NCBI GenBank assembly: GCA_030390025.1
Contig: CM059432.1
Location: forward strand, 114,144,001-114,208,000
Reading direction: 5' to 3'
Origin: Squalus acanthias
Lineage: Eukaryota
DNA: 64,000 bases
The notes below the pieces were generated by a model. The model had not been told where the DNA came from. It worked only from the letters and a program-made list of their open reading frames with translations, and did not search any database. The translations under genes and the position numbers were made by a program. How positions within the stretch are numbered: the first letter of the stretch is position 1; each line of letters opens with the position of its first letter. Below, one piece after another: positions 36,508-48,527 of this stretch.

Positions 36508-37898
36508 CCAACTGGCCAATTACCGCCCCATCAGTCTACTCTCAATCATCAGCAAAGTGATGGAAGGTGTCATCGACAGTGCTATCAAGCGGCCCTTACT
36601 CACCAATAACCTGCTCACTGTTGCTCAGTTTGGGTTCTGCCAAGACCACTCAGCTCCCGACCTCATTACAGCCTTGGTCCAAACATGGACAAAGGAGCTG
36701 AATTCCAGAGGTGAGGCGAGAGTGACTGCCCTTGACATCAAGGCAGCATTTGACCGAGTGTGGCATCAAGGAGCCCTAGTAAAACTGAAGTCAATGGGAA
36801 ACGGGGGGAAAACGCTCCACTGGCTGGAGGCATACCTAGCACAAAGGAAGATGGTTGTGGTAATTGAAGGTCAATCATCACAGCCCCAGGACACCGCTGC
36901 AGGAGTTCCTCAGGGCAGTGTCCTAGGCCAAACCATCTTCAGCTGCTTCATGAATGACCTTCCCTCCAACATAAGGTCAGAAATGGGGATGTTCGCTAAT
37001 GACTGCACAGTGTTCAGCACCATTCACAACTCCTCAGATAATGAAGCAGTCCATGCCCGCATGCAACAAGACCTGGACGACATTCAGGCTTGGGCTGATA
37101 AGTGGCAGGTAACATTCGTGCCACAGAAATGCCTGGCAATGACTATCTCCAACAAGCGAGAGTCTAAACACCGCCCTTGACATTCATTGGCATTACCATC
37201 ACCGAATCCCCCACCATCAACATCCTGGGGGTCACCATTGACCAGAAACTTAACTGGACCAGCCACATAAATACTGTGGCAACAAGAGGGGGTCAGAGGC
37301 TAGGTATTCTGCGGCGAGTGTCTCACCTCCTGACTCCCCAAAGCCTTTCTACCATCTACAAGGCACAAGTAAGGAGTGTGATGGAATACTCTCCACTTGC
37401 CTGGATGAGTGCAGCTCCAACAACACTCAAGAAGCTCGACACCATCCAGGTCAAAGCAGCCCGCTTGATTGGCACCCCCTCTACCACCTTAAACATCAAC
37501 TCCCTCCACTACCGGAGTACCGTGGCTGCAGTATGTACCATCTACAAGATACACTGCAGCAACTCGCCAAGGCTTCTTCGGCAGCACCTCCCAAACCCGT
37601 AACCTCTTCCACCTAGAAGGACAAGGGCAGCAGACGCATGGGAACACCACCACCTCCAAGTTCCCCTCCAAGTCACACACCATCCTGACTTAGAAGAATA
37701 TCGCCGATCCTTCATCGTCGCTGGGTCAAAATCCTGGAACTCCCTACCTAATAGCACTGTGGGAATACCTTCACCACACGGACTGCAGCGGTTCAAGAAG
37801 GTGGCTCACCACCACCTTCTCAAGGGCAATTAGGGATGGGCAATAAATGCTGGCCTTGCCAGCGATGCCCACATCCCATAAAAACGAATTAAAAAAAA
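36508..37898 (+). mobile_element. 5'-truncated copy of the tRNA-headed CR1-group LINE family
   Basis: High similarity to 8347-9690: [37 protein letters not shown], same 3' end and A tail. Confidence 0.92.
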
Positions 37899-40320
37899 TC
37901 AGAAAGCAAAATACTGCGGATGCTGGAAATCTGAAATAACAACAGCAAATGCTGGAAACACTCAGCAGGTCAGGCAACATCGAGGAGAGAGAAACAGAAT
38001 CAACGTTTCGGGTCGAGGACCCTTCGTTAGAACTGGAAAAGGTTAGAGAAGAGAGATTTTTAAGCAGGGGCAGGGAGAAGGAGAGGAAAGAACAAAAGGA
38101 AGGTCTGTGACAGGCTGGAAGGCAGGAGAGATTGACTGACAAAAGGGATGATGGTGCAAGGCATAAAGAGAGGTAATGGGACAAGTTAAGAAACAAAAGA
38201 TGACTCTAGATGACAAGGGTGGTGCTTTTGTTGTTTGGCGAACGGACCTCTACTGTGCGGAGACTGAATGGCAACTCTCTGACACCTGCTCCTACCTCCC
38301 CCCTGGACCATGACCCCACTACCAAACATCAAGTAATCGTTTCCAAGACTGTCACTGACCTCATCTCCTCTGGAGATCTTCCCTCCATGGCCGCCAACCT
38401 CATAGTCCCCCAACCCTGCACAGCCCGCTTCTATCTCCTTCCCAAGATCCACAAACAGGACTGCCCTGGTAGACCCATCGTTTCAGCCTGTTCTTGCCCC
38501 ACAGAATTTATTTCTTCCTATCTCGACTCTATTTTTTCTCCCCTTGACCAGTCTCTTCCCACCTACATTCGCGACTCTTCCGACGTCCTCTGCCACTTTA
38601 ACAGTTTCCAGTTTCCTGGTCCCAACCGTCTCCTTTTCACTATGGACATCCAATCCCTCTACACCTCCATCCCCCACCGGGACGACCTGAAGGAGCTCCA
38701 CTTCTTCCTTGAACAGAGGCCCAACCAGTCCCCATCCACCACCACCCTTGTCCACCTGGCTGAACTTATTCTCACATTGAACAACTTCTTCTTTGACTCC
38801 ACTCACTTCCTCCAAATTAAAGGTGTTGCTGTGGGAACCCGCATGGGCCCTAGCTATGCCTGCTTTTCGTGGGATATGTGGAACATTCTTTGTTCCAGTC
38901 CTACTCAGGTCCCCTCCCTCACCTCTTTTTCCAGTACATTGATGACTGTATTGGTGCCGTTTCCTGCTCTCGCCCTGAACTAGAAAATTTCATTAACTTT
39001 GCTTCCAATTTCCACCCTTTCCTCACCTTCACATTGTCCATCTCCGACTCTTCACTTCCCTTCCTCAACTTCTCTGTCTCCATTTCTGGGGATAGGCTAT
39101 CGACCAACATCCACTATAAGCCCACTGACTCCCACAGCTACCTGGACTACACTTCCTCTCACCCCACTTCCTGTAAGGGCTCTATTCCATTCTCCCAGTT
39201 TCTCCGTCTCCGCCGCATCTGTTCTGACGATGCCACCTTCCATACTAGTGCTTCCGGTATGTCTTCCTTTTCCCTCAACCGAGGATTCCACTCTACCATG
39301 GTTGACATGGCCCTCGACCGTGTCCGCTCCATTTCCTGCACTTCTGCTCTCACCCCTTCCCTCCCTCCCAGAACCACGATAGGGTTCACCTTTCATCCCA
39401 CCAGCCACCACATTCAATGATCATCTTGCGCCATTTCCGCTACCTCCAGCGTGATCCCACCACCAAACACATCTTCCCCTCCCCCCCTTTCAGCATTCCG
39501 AAATGATCGCTCCCTCCGTGACACCCTGGTCCACTCCTCTATCACCCCCAACACCCCTTCCCCTAACACCTTCCCGTGCAAGTGCAGGAGATGTAACACC
39601 TGCCCTTTTACATCCTCTCAACCCACTGCCCAGGGCCTTAAACACTCCTTCCAGGTGAAACAGCGATTTACTCGTACTTCTTACACTTTAGTATACTGTA
39701 TTCGCTGCTCACGATGCGGTCTCCTCTACATTGGGGAGACCCATCGCAGATTGGGTGACCGCTTTGTGGAACCCCTCCGTTCAGTCCGCAAGCCTGACCC
39801 CGAGCTTCCGGTCGCCTGTTACTTTAATTCTCCGCTCCACTCCACGTCCTCGGCCTCTTACACTGTTCCAACAAAGCTCAACGTAAGCTCGAGGAACAGC
39901 ACCTTATCTTTTGATTAGGCACTTTACAGCCTTCTGGACTTAACATCGAGTTCAACAATTTCAGACTATAACCTCGGCCCCTCAATTTCTTTCCCCCCTT
40001 GTTTTCTCACATGGCAGATGATTCTGCCATCGCCATTCACACCTGATCAAGAGTCATCTTTTGTTTCTTAACTTGTCCCATTACCTCTCTTTATGCCATG
40101 CATCATCATCCCTTTTGTCAGTCAATCTCTCCTGCCTTCCAGCCTGTCACAGACCTTCCCGTTGTTCTTTCCTCCCCTCCTCCCTGCCCCTGCTTAAAAA
40201 TCTCTCTTCTCAAGCCTTTTCCAGTTCTGACGAAGGGTCCTCGACCCGAAACGTTGACTCTGTTTCTCTCTCCTCGATGCTGCCTGACCTGTGGAGTGTT
40301 TCCAGCATTTTCTGTTGTTA
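37899..40320 (+). mobile_element. Penelope-like retroelement (RT + GIY-YIG, probably Neptune-type), 5'-truncated, with inverted pLTRs
   Basis: DKG, PKIHK, RPIVS, MDIQSLYTSIP, GVAVGTRMGPSYA, YIDD; Cys linker CKCRRCNTC; LVYCIRCSRCGLLYIGET. 37899-38208 is an inverted copy of the 3' pLTR (~40050-40320). Confidence 0.93.
40223..40259 (+). ncRNA. Minimal type I hammerhead ribozyme motif in Penelope pLTR
   Basis: AGTT-CTGACGA-A-GGGTC ctc GACCC-GAAA-CGTT-GACT: core CUGANGA/GAAA, 5-bp stem II, stem I AGUU/GACU, palindromic AACGTT in place of stem III. Confidence 0.75.
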
Positions 40321-40869
40321 TGGCAAGTTAACATCACCCAGCGTTCATGGAACATACAATTTGTCAGTGCTAACACTTTTTGCACTTAATTGACTTTTCA
40401 TGGTGTAACATTAGATTTTGTTGTCTGTTCTGCAATAGATAGAAGACTGAATTTCTGGAGACAAGTAATATATTTAATAATATTATAATCACAAACTAAT
40501 TATGGCTGCCGGCTAGTGAACACAGGGCTGTGATCTAATTGAGAAGTTCCACGGAAATCAGCAACTTTGAATTGGAAGTTGGAAGAGTTTATAAACTTCC
40601 TCTGACCACCAAGTCTATGGGCTGAATCTCCTCTGGCTTCTCCCGCTACCCCGCTATAACTTGGGCGGATATTCGGCGGACACTCCATTTACACGTGTTA
40701 ACGTCTGCCCACGTTACTGCAGTGTGGTTGAAGCCCAGGAAAATTCAACCCAATATTCCAACAAATCTTAATAACTGTTATTTCATGTGGATTACATTTT
40801 AAGTAAGAAATCACCATGTCTGTTCTTTGCTGTTGTTAGAAATCCCTAGGGAGCTGCCAGCACAGAAGC

Positions 40870-41408
40870 CATCTTGAAACAAATCCATTGGCAGGATAGG
40901 CGCACCAACGTCAGTGTTCTCGCTCAGGCCAACATCCCCAACATCGAAGCTTTGACCACGCTCGATCAGCTCCGATGGACGGGTCACATCGACCGCATGC
41001 CCGATATGAGACTCCCAAAACAAGCGCTCTACTCGGAGCTCCGACACGGCAAGAGAGCCCCAGGTGGGCAGAGGAAACGCTTCAAGGACACCCTCAAAGC
41101 CTCCTGGAAAAAGTGCAACATTCCCACCGACACCTGGGAATCCCTGGCCCAAGACCGCACAAAGTGGAGGAGAAGCATCCGGGAAGGTGCCGAACACCTC
41201 GAGTCTCTTCGCCGGGAGCAAGCAGAAGCCAAGCGCAAGCAGCGCAAGTCAACCCAAGCACCCCACCCACCCACCCCTTCAACCATCGTCTGCCCCACCT
41301 GTGACAGAGACTGTAGGTCCCGCATTGGACTCATCAGTCACCTGAGAACTCATTTTTAATGTGGAAGCAAGTCATCCTCGGTTCCGAGGGACTGCCTAAG
41401 AGAAAGAG
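40870..41408 (+). mobile_element. RTE-clade LINE 3' fragment with C-terminal C2H2 zinc finger
   Basis: WQDRRTNVSVL..QLRWTGHIDRMPD.RLPKQALYSEL..GKR..GGQRKRFKDTLK..CPTCDRDCRSRIGLISHLRTH. Confidence 0.9.
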
Positions 41409-42244
41409 TAGTTGGAAATGTTCTGGAGTCTCATAATATAAAATGGTATTAACCTCCTTTGAGAGAGCATTAGCGCAGCATTGCAATTACCATAAAGTGT
41501 GTAGATCACAGAGAAATTCTGCATGCAATCTGTATTACAGAATATTTTACCATTTATGAGATGGCAACTTCTCACTGTGCAGCTTTCATGTACAGTCCCT
41601 GGCAAAGCAGAAACAGCTTGTTCCAAAAGCTCAGTTGAAAGGCTGTTAGTTTCCTAGAACAGTTTATTCTGCTGATTTAGCAAGTCTCAGAGAAGGTATG
41701 GGCCTGAATTTCTAGTCCTGCCCTAAAAATCAATAAAATCTGGACAAGCGAGGGTACAAAAAGGGGCAGAGACCTAGTGTAATGCACCAGTTTTGTTCTG
41801 TCAAAAACTTTGCTTGAAGTGGCAGGGCAGACATATATACCATGCAAATAAGAGAAATATATTATATAATGTATTTCCCAAAATTTGCACCTTAGCAAAG
41901 ATTGTGCTGGATACACCCATGAATCTCTGGCATCTAGCATGACTAAGAACCTCAGGGTGGAGAGAATTACATTTTAAAAGGCCAGTTCCCATACAGCGAT
42001 CAATTCATTACAGGAAACTGGCATATGGAACCTCTAGAATGGCCGCTGGCTTTGGTACTCTCTGGTTGCTGTCCAGGCCCAAAGATCCTTGAGGAACGTG
42101 TAAAAAAATTTTTTACGTAGCTTTTTGGCCTCCCTTGCCTTGCTGCCAGCCCCCTCAGATCGTCCAATCTGAGTTGGGCGGCGGGGGGCGGCACTTGCAA
42201 GGCCTATTGTCAGCTTCTTCTTGTGCATCTCAAAATGGGTTCTC

Positions 42245-42525
42245 CACCACCTCGAAGAACAAGGGCAACATGTGCAAGGGAACACCATCACGTCCAAATT
42301 CCCCTCCATGTTACACACCATTCTGACTTGGACATATATCGCTGTTCCTTTATCAATGCTGGGTCAAACTCCTGGAACTCCATCATTAACAGCACTATGG
42401 AAGCACCTTCACCACACGGACTGCAGTGGTTCAAGAAGGCCACCCCCACTTTCTCAATGCAACTATAGACAATAAAGGTGGCCTTGCCAGTGAGGCCCAT
42501 ATCCAAAGAATGAATATCAAAAAAA
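42245..42525 (+). mobile_element. Older 3'-end fragment of the tRNA-headed LINE family
   Basis: Similar to 37610-37895 (AGSNSWNS..PSPHGLQWFKKA, ggccttgccagtga.gcccatatcc, A tail). Confidence 0.8.
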
Positions 42526-45429
42526 TATAACATTGAAAATACCTATTGATCAGTTACCATGGGAATTCCCTATGTAAACATCTCCCACAAATTATTGTAG
42601 GTTGTGACCACTATGTGTCGATGTAGTTCCACTGTATCCTGTACGACTGTATCCTCTAACATACTATAAGCAATGCCACAGAAAAACTATGAGTTTGTTA
42701 CAAATTGAGTTAGCGGATCTTAGCCAGGCCTCACATGGGACACTAAAATTGGCTTCAGAGCTCCTGGTCTAAGGGGAGGAAAAATCAGCCAAGGATCCCA
42801 TTCCTGATTGTTGTCCAATTACTCCTGCTGCAAAATGAATGTGCGTGGACATTGGGTGAGGAAGATAGAATCAAGCTCAAATGTGATTCACTCCATGCTC
42901 AAATAGCCGTCCAACACATACATACTGGGCTCACACATAAAGAAGGCATGAGGTACTGGAGGGCTACCGCGCCTGTGAAACCATTCCCCAGCAAATGTCA
43001 GTGCCTTACATAGGATATACGGCTCAGAAACAGGCCATTCGGCCCAACCAGTCCATGCCGGCGTTTATGCTTCACTCGAGCCTCCTCCCATCTTTCCTCA
43101 TCTAAATCTATCAGCATAGCCCTCTTTTCCCTTCTCCCTCATATGCTTGTCTAGCCACCCCTTAAATGCATCTATACTTTTCGCTTCAACCACTCCCTGT
43201 GATAGCGAGTTCCACATTCTCACCACTCTTTGGGTAAAGAAATTTCTTCTGAATTCCCTAGTGGATTTCTTATATTGATGGCCTCTAGTTATGCTCTTCC
43301 CCATAAGTGGAAACATTCTCTCTGTATCCACTCTATCAAAACCTTTCATAATTTTAAAGCCCTCTATTAGATCACCCCTCAGCCTTCATTTTTCCAAGAG
43401 AAAAGAGACCCAGCCTGTTCATCCCTTCCTGATAGGTATAACCTCGCATTCTGGTATCATCCTTGCAAATCTCTGCACCCTCTCCAGTGCCTCTATATCG
43501 TTTTTATAATATGGCGACCAGAACTGTACGCAGTACTCTTAAGTTTTGTCTAACCAAGGTTCGATACAGGTTTAGCTTAACTTCCCTATTTTTCAATTCT
43601 ATACTTCTACAAATAAACCCTAGTGCTTGGTTTGCTTTTTTATGGCCTTGCTAAACTGTGTCACAACTTTCAGTGATTTATGTATTTGTACTCCGAGATC
43701 CCTTTGTTCCTCTACCCCACCTAGAATCACACCCTCCAAGTAATAAGTGACATCCCTATTCTTCCTACCAAAATGTAACACCTCACATTTATCTGTGTTG
43801 AACTTCATTTGCCAATTATATGCCCATTCTGAAAGTTTATTAATGTCCTCCTGTAATTTGTTGCAGTCCTCCTCAGTATTAACTATCCCCCCCAATTTGG
43901 TGTCATTTGCAAATTTAGAATTGTATTTTTGATTCCTAAGTCTAAATCGTTAATATAAATTGTGAACAACAGTGGTCCCAGCACTGATCCTTGTGGAACA
44001 CCACTACGTACCTTCTGCCACTGTGAATAGCTACCTTTTACCCCTACTCTCTGCTTTCTGTCTTGAAGCCAGCTAGCTATCCATTCTGCTATTTGTCCCC
44101 TGACTCTGCATTCTCTGACCTTGTTCATCAGCCTATTATGGGGTACCTTATCGTAGGCCATTGTCTACTCTCTCTGTTACCTCTTCAAAAAATTCAATGA
44201 GGTTGGTCAAGTAAGACTTTCGCGTTTGAAATCCATGCTGACTATTCATTGCTTTGTTTTTGGTTTCTAGATGTTCTTCTATTTTCTCCTTTAGTAGGGA
44301 TTCCATTATTTTTCCTACCACCGATGTTAAGCTGACTGGTCTGTAATTCCCTGGACATGTTCTATCCCCCTTCTTAAATATAGGTATTACGTTAGCTATC
44401 CACCAGACCTTTGTCACTACATCTTTTTCTAACAAATTATTAAATATGTGTAGTAATGCCTCTGCTATCTCTTCTAGATTCTTTTAAAATGCGTGGATGC
44501 GATCCATCCGGACCAGGGGTTTTATCCTCTTTGAGTTTGATTAGTTTATTTAATATATCCCCTCTTTTTATTTTAAATGCACTTATCTCATTACTAATCT
44601 CATCATCCAATGTCATGTCCACCTGTTCTATCTCCCTGGTAAATACTGAAGCCAAATAATTATTTAATATTTCTGCCATCTCTCTATCGTTATCTGTGGT
44701 ATTATCCTTTCTATCCCTAATGGCCCTATTTCCATCCAAACCTTCCTTTTTTTATTGATGTGCCTGTAAAATATTTTACTATTTTGTTTTATGTTCCTTG
44801 ATAATTTAATTTCATAGTTCCTCTTTGCCTTCCTAATTGTTTTTTTTGACTTCTCTCCTAATTTCTTCATATTCTCCCTTATCATGCACTCCCCTGCTGC
44901 CTATGTACTTAATGTATGCCTCTTTCCTTACCCTCAACTGTTCCCTTATGGCTTTATTCATCCATGGAGTCTCATTCATGATTAGTTTGTTCTTTCCTTT
45001 TAGCGGAATATATTGTTCCTGCAGTCTGTTGAACACCGTTTTAAATGTTTCCCATTGCTGTTCTACATCGTTGTTTTCCAATATTGTTACCCATTTTATT
45101 TTCCCAAGTTCTATTCTCAGCCCCTCAAAATCAGCTTTTCTCCCTGGTTTTTGTCATACTTATGTCTTTCTCAATTATCATCGTAAAGCATATTATATTA
45201 TGGTCACTATTGCCTAGATGTTCCCCTACTTTTACTTCTCTTATCTGCTCTAGTTCATTTCCCATTACTAGAACCAATAGTGAATCCTCCCTTGTTGGGC
45301 TTCTTACATATTGGGTTAGAAAGGAGTCCTGTACACATTGTAGGAACTCCATTCCCTTATCCCCTTTACCTACCTCTTCTGTCCAATTAATATCGCGGTA
45401 GTTGAAATCCCCCATGAGTATTATTCTAT

Positions 45430-46315
45430 TAGTATAGTGAACGGTGAGGAGGAGAGTGATGGACTTCAGGAAGACATAAACAGGCTTGTGAAATGGGCAG
45501 ACACGTGGCTGATGTAAGTTAACACAGAAAGTGTGAAGTGATATGTTTTGTTCAAAAGAATGAGGAGATGACATATAAACTAAATGGTACAATCCTAAAG
45601 GTGGTGCACGAACAGAGAGACCTGGGGGTATGTGTGCACAAATCGTTGAAGGTGGCAGGGCAGGTTGAGAAAGCAGTTAAAAAGGCTTACGGGTTCCTGG
45701 GCTTCATAAATAGAGGTATAGAGTACAAAAGTGTAGAAATTATGATGAACCTGTATAAAACACTGGTTCGGCTCCAACTGCAGTATTGTGTCCAATTCTG
45801 GGCACCACACTTTAGGAAGGATGTGAAGGCCTTAGAGAAGGTGCTGAAAAGATTTACGAGAATGATTCCAGGAATGAAGGACTTCAGTTACGCTGATAGA
45901 CTGGAGAAGCTGGAGTTGTTTTCCTTGGAGCAGAGAGGATTGAGAGGAGATATGTTAGAGGTGTTCAAAATCATGAGGGGTCCGGACAGAGTAGATAGAG
46001 AGAAACTGTTCCCATTGGCAGAAGGGTCAAGAACCAGAGGACACAGATTTAAGGTGATTGGCAAAAGAACCAATGGCGATGTAAGAAAAAACTTTTTTAT
46101 GCAGCTACTGGTTAAGATCTGGAATGCACTGCCTGAAAGGGTGGTGGAGGCAGACTCAATCTTACCTTTCAAAAGGGAATTGGATAAGTATTTGAAGGGA
46201 AAAAATTTGCAGGGCTTCAGGGAAAGGGCAGGGGAGTGGGAGTAGCTGAGAGTCGGCACGGGCTCGACGGGCCGAATGGCCTGCTTCCGTGCTGTAACCA
46301 TTCTATGATTCTATG
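45430..46315 (+). mobile_element. CR1 3' fragment nested antisense in the large CR1
   Basis: ORF 45538-46245 (RDLGV, YCVQFWAPH, RFTRMIPG, WNALP) with an (ATTCTATG)2 tail. Confidence 0.92.
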
Positions 46316-47218
46316 TTTTTTACTCATTTCCCTAATTTGTCTGCATATTTCTTCCTCCACCTCCCTTGCACTATTAGGTGGTCTGTAGACTACACCTTTT
46401 AGTGTGATTGATCCTTTATTATCTTTTAGCTCTATCCGTATGAATTCTATTTTTGTCTTGCTGATAGCTCCGTCCCTTTTTTCCACTGCCATATGTTATC
46501 CCTAATAAGTACAGCTACTCCACCTCCCCTTTTTCCCCTTCTATCTTTTCTAAATATGTTATACCCTGCAATGTTTAATTCCCAGTCCTGATTTTTCTGA
46601 AGCCATGTCTCAGTAATCCCTACTATGTCTGGTTCCTCGCAACGCATGATTGCCTCCAGCTCCCCTGTTTTATTACGAACTCTGTGTGCATTGCTGTACA
46701 GACAGTGTAACTCATTTTTAATAGGATTTCCTCTCACTTTATGTTTAACCATCTTTTTGGACTCCTGTTCTATAACTCTATTTATTGCCTTGCCATCAAT
46801 TTCCTCCCTTACTTTATTCCTATGCTCTCTTTTCCTGTTTTGTTTATAATTAGGCTGATTTAAGTTTCTTGTAGATCCCTCCCCCAATCTTACTAGTTTA
46901 AAGCCTTTGCCACCTCCATATTTACCCTTTCCGCTAGGACACGGGTCCCATCCCGGTTAAGCTGGAGCCTGTCCCATCGGTACAGCTCCTTCCTGTCCCA
47001 GAACTGCTGCCAGTGTCCCATGAAAAGGAACCCCTCTTTCCCACACCAGCCCTTTAGCCACGTGTTAATTCTCCTGATCTGTCTGCTTCAATGCCAATTT
47101 GCACATAGCTCGGGCAATAATCCAGAGGTTATTACCCTTGAGGTCCTGCTTTCTAATTTAGAGCCTAACTCCTGATACTCTTTCAGCAGGACCTCCTCCC
47201 TGTTCCTACCTATGTCAT

Positions 47219-47991
47219 TTTTTTAATTCGTTTATGGGATGTGGACGTCGCTGGCAAGGCCAGCATTTATTGCCCATCCCTAATTGTCCTCGAGAAGGTG
47301 GTGGTGAGCCGCCTTCTTGAACCGCTGCATGCCGTGTGGTGAAGGTACACCCACAGTGCTTTTAGGTAGGGAGTTCCAGGATTTTGACCCAGCGACGATG
47401 AAGGATCGGTGATATACTTCCAAGTCAGGATGGTGTGTGACTTGGAGGGGAACTTGGAGATGGTGGTGTTCCCATGCGCCTGCTGCCCTTGTCCTTCTAG
47501 GTGGAAGAGGTCGCGGGTTTGGGAGGTGCTGCCGAAGAAGCCTTGGCGAGTTGCTGCAGTGCATCTTGTAGATGGTACACACTGCAGCCACAGTACGCCG
47601 GTAGTGGAGGGAGTGAATGTTTAAGGTGGTGGATGGGGTGCCAATCAAGCGGGCTGCTTTGTCCTGGATGGTGTCGAGTTTCTTGAGTATTGTTGGAGCT
47701 GTACTCATCCAGGCAAGTGGAGAGTATTCCATCACACTCCTTACTTGTGCCTTGTAAATGGTGGAAAGGCTTTGGGGAATCAAGAGGGGAGACACTCGCC
47801 ACAGAATACCCAGCCTCTGACCTGCTCTAGTTGCCACAGTATTTATATGGCTGGTCCAGTTAAGTTTCTGGTCAATGGTGACCCCCAGGATGTTGATGGT
47901 GGGGGATTCGGCGATGGTAATGTCGCTGAATGTCAAGGGGAGGTGGTTAGACTCTCGCTTGTTGGAGATAGTCATTGCCTGGCACTTCTGT
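47219..47991 (-). mobile_element. 5'-truncated copy of the tRNA-headed LINE family nested in CR1 ORF1
   Basis: QKCQAMTISNKRES..YKAQVRSVMEYSPLAW, inserted between the host ORF1 codons HVG and NDIG. Confidence 0.92.
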
Positions 47992-48527
47992 CCAACATGG
48001 ACCACGACAACTGGATTTACCCCCTCCCTTTCCAAGTTCCTCTCCAGCCGCCGTGAGATATTCCTTACCCTGGCAACACACCTTCGGGATTCTCATTCTT
48101 GGCTGCAGAGTACGCCATCTATCCCCCTAATTATAGAGTCCCCTATCACTACCACATTTCTATTCTGCTCTTTCCCCCACCTTGGACAGCCTTCTGAGCC
48201 ACGGTGCCTTGGTCTGCATTGTGGCTGTCCTCCCTGCAGTCTTTCTCCTTGTCCTCACATGTAGCGAGCACTTCGTACCTGTTGGACAGGACCAGTGTCT
48301 GCGGGACCTCCTTCGCAACCTCTCCTAAATCCGTGCTGCCCTGCTCCCTAGTAGTCACACCCTCCATTTCCTGAACCTGTGCTTTCCTCTGGGATGTGAC
48401 TGCATTCTGGATAAAACTTCATGGTGGAAGAAAAGAAAAATATTATTTTTAGCAGCAGACCCAACCAGTGGCCCAGTGACCTATCACTCATCATGTCACA
48501 GCGCACTCCTCCTCTTACTGACAGTGT

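Larger units (their letters stand above)
43008..48420 (-). mobile_element. Long decayed CR1 LINE with SGNH-esterase ORF1 and ORF2, hosting two nested insertions
   Basis: ORF1 remnants VVIGDSIIRG, VVVHVG|NDIG, SGLLP, D.L.LN..G. ORF2 [41 protein letters not shown]. Confidence 0.88.
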
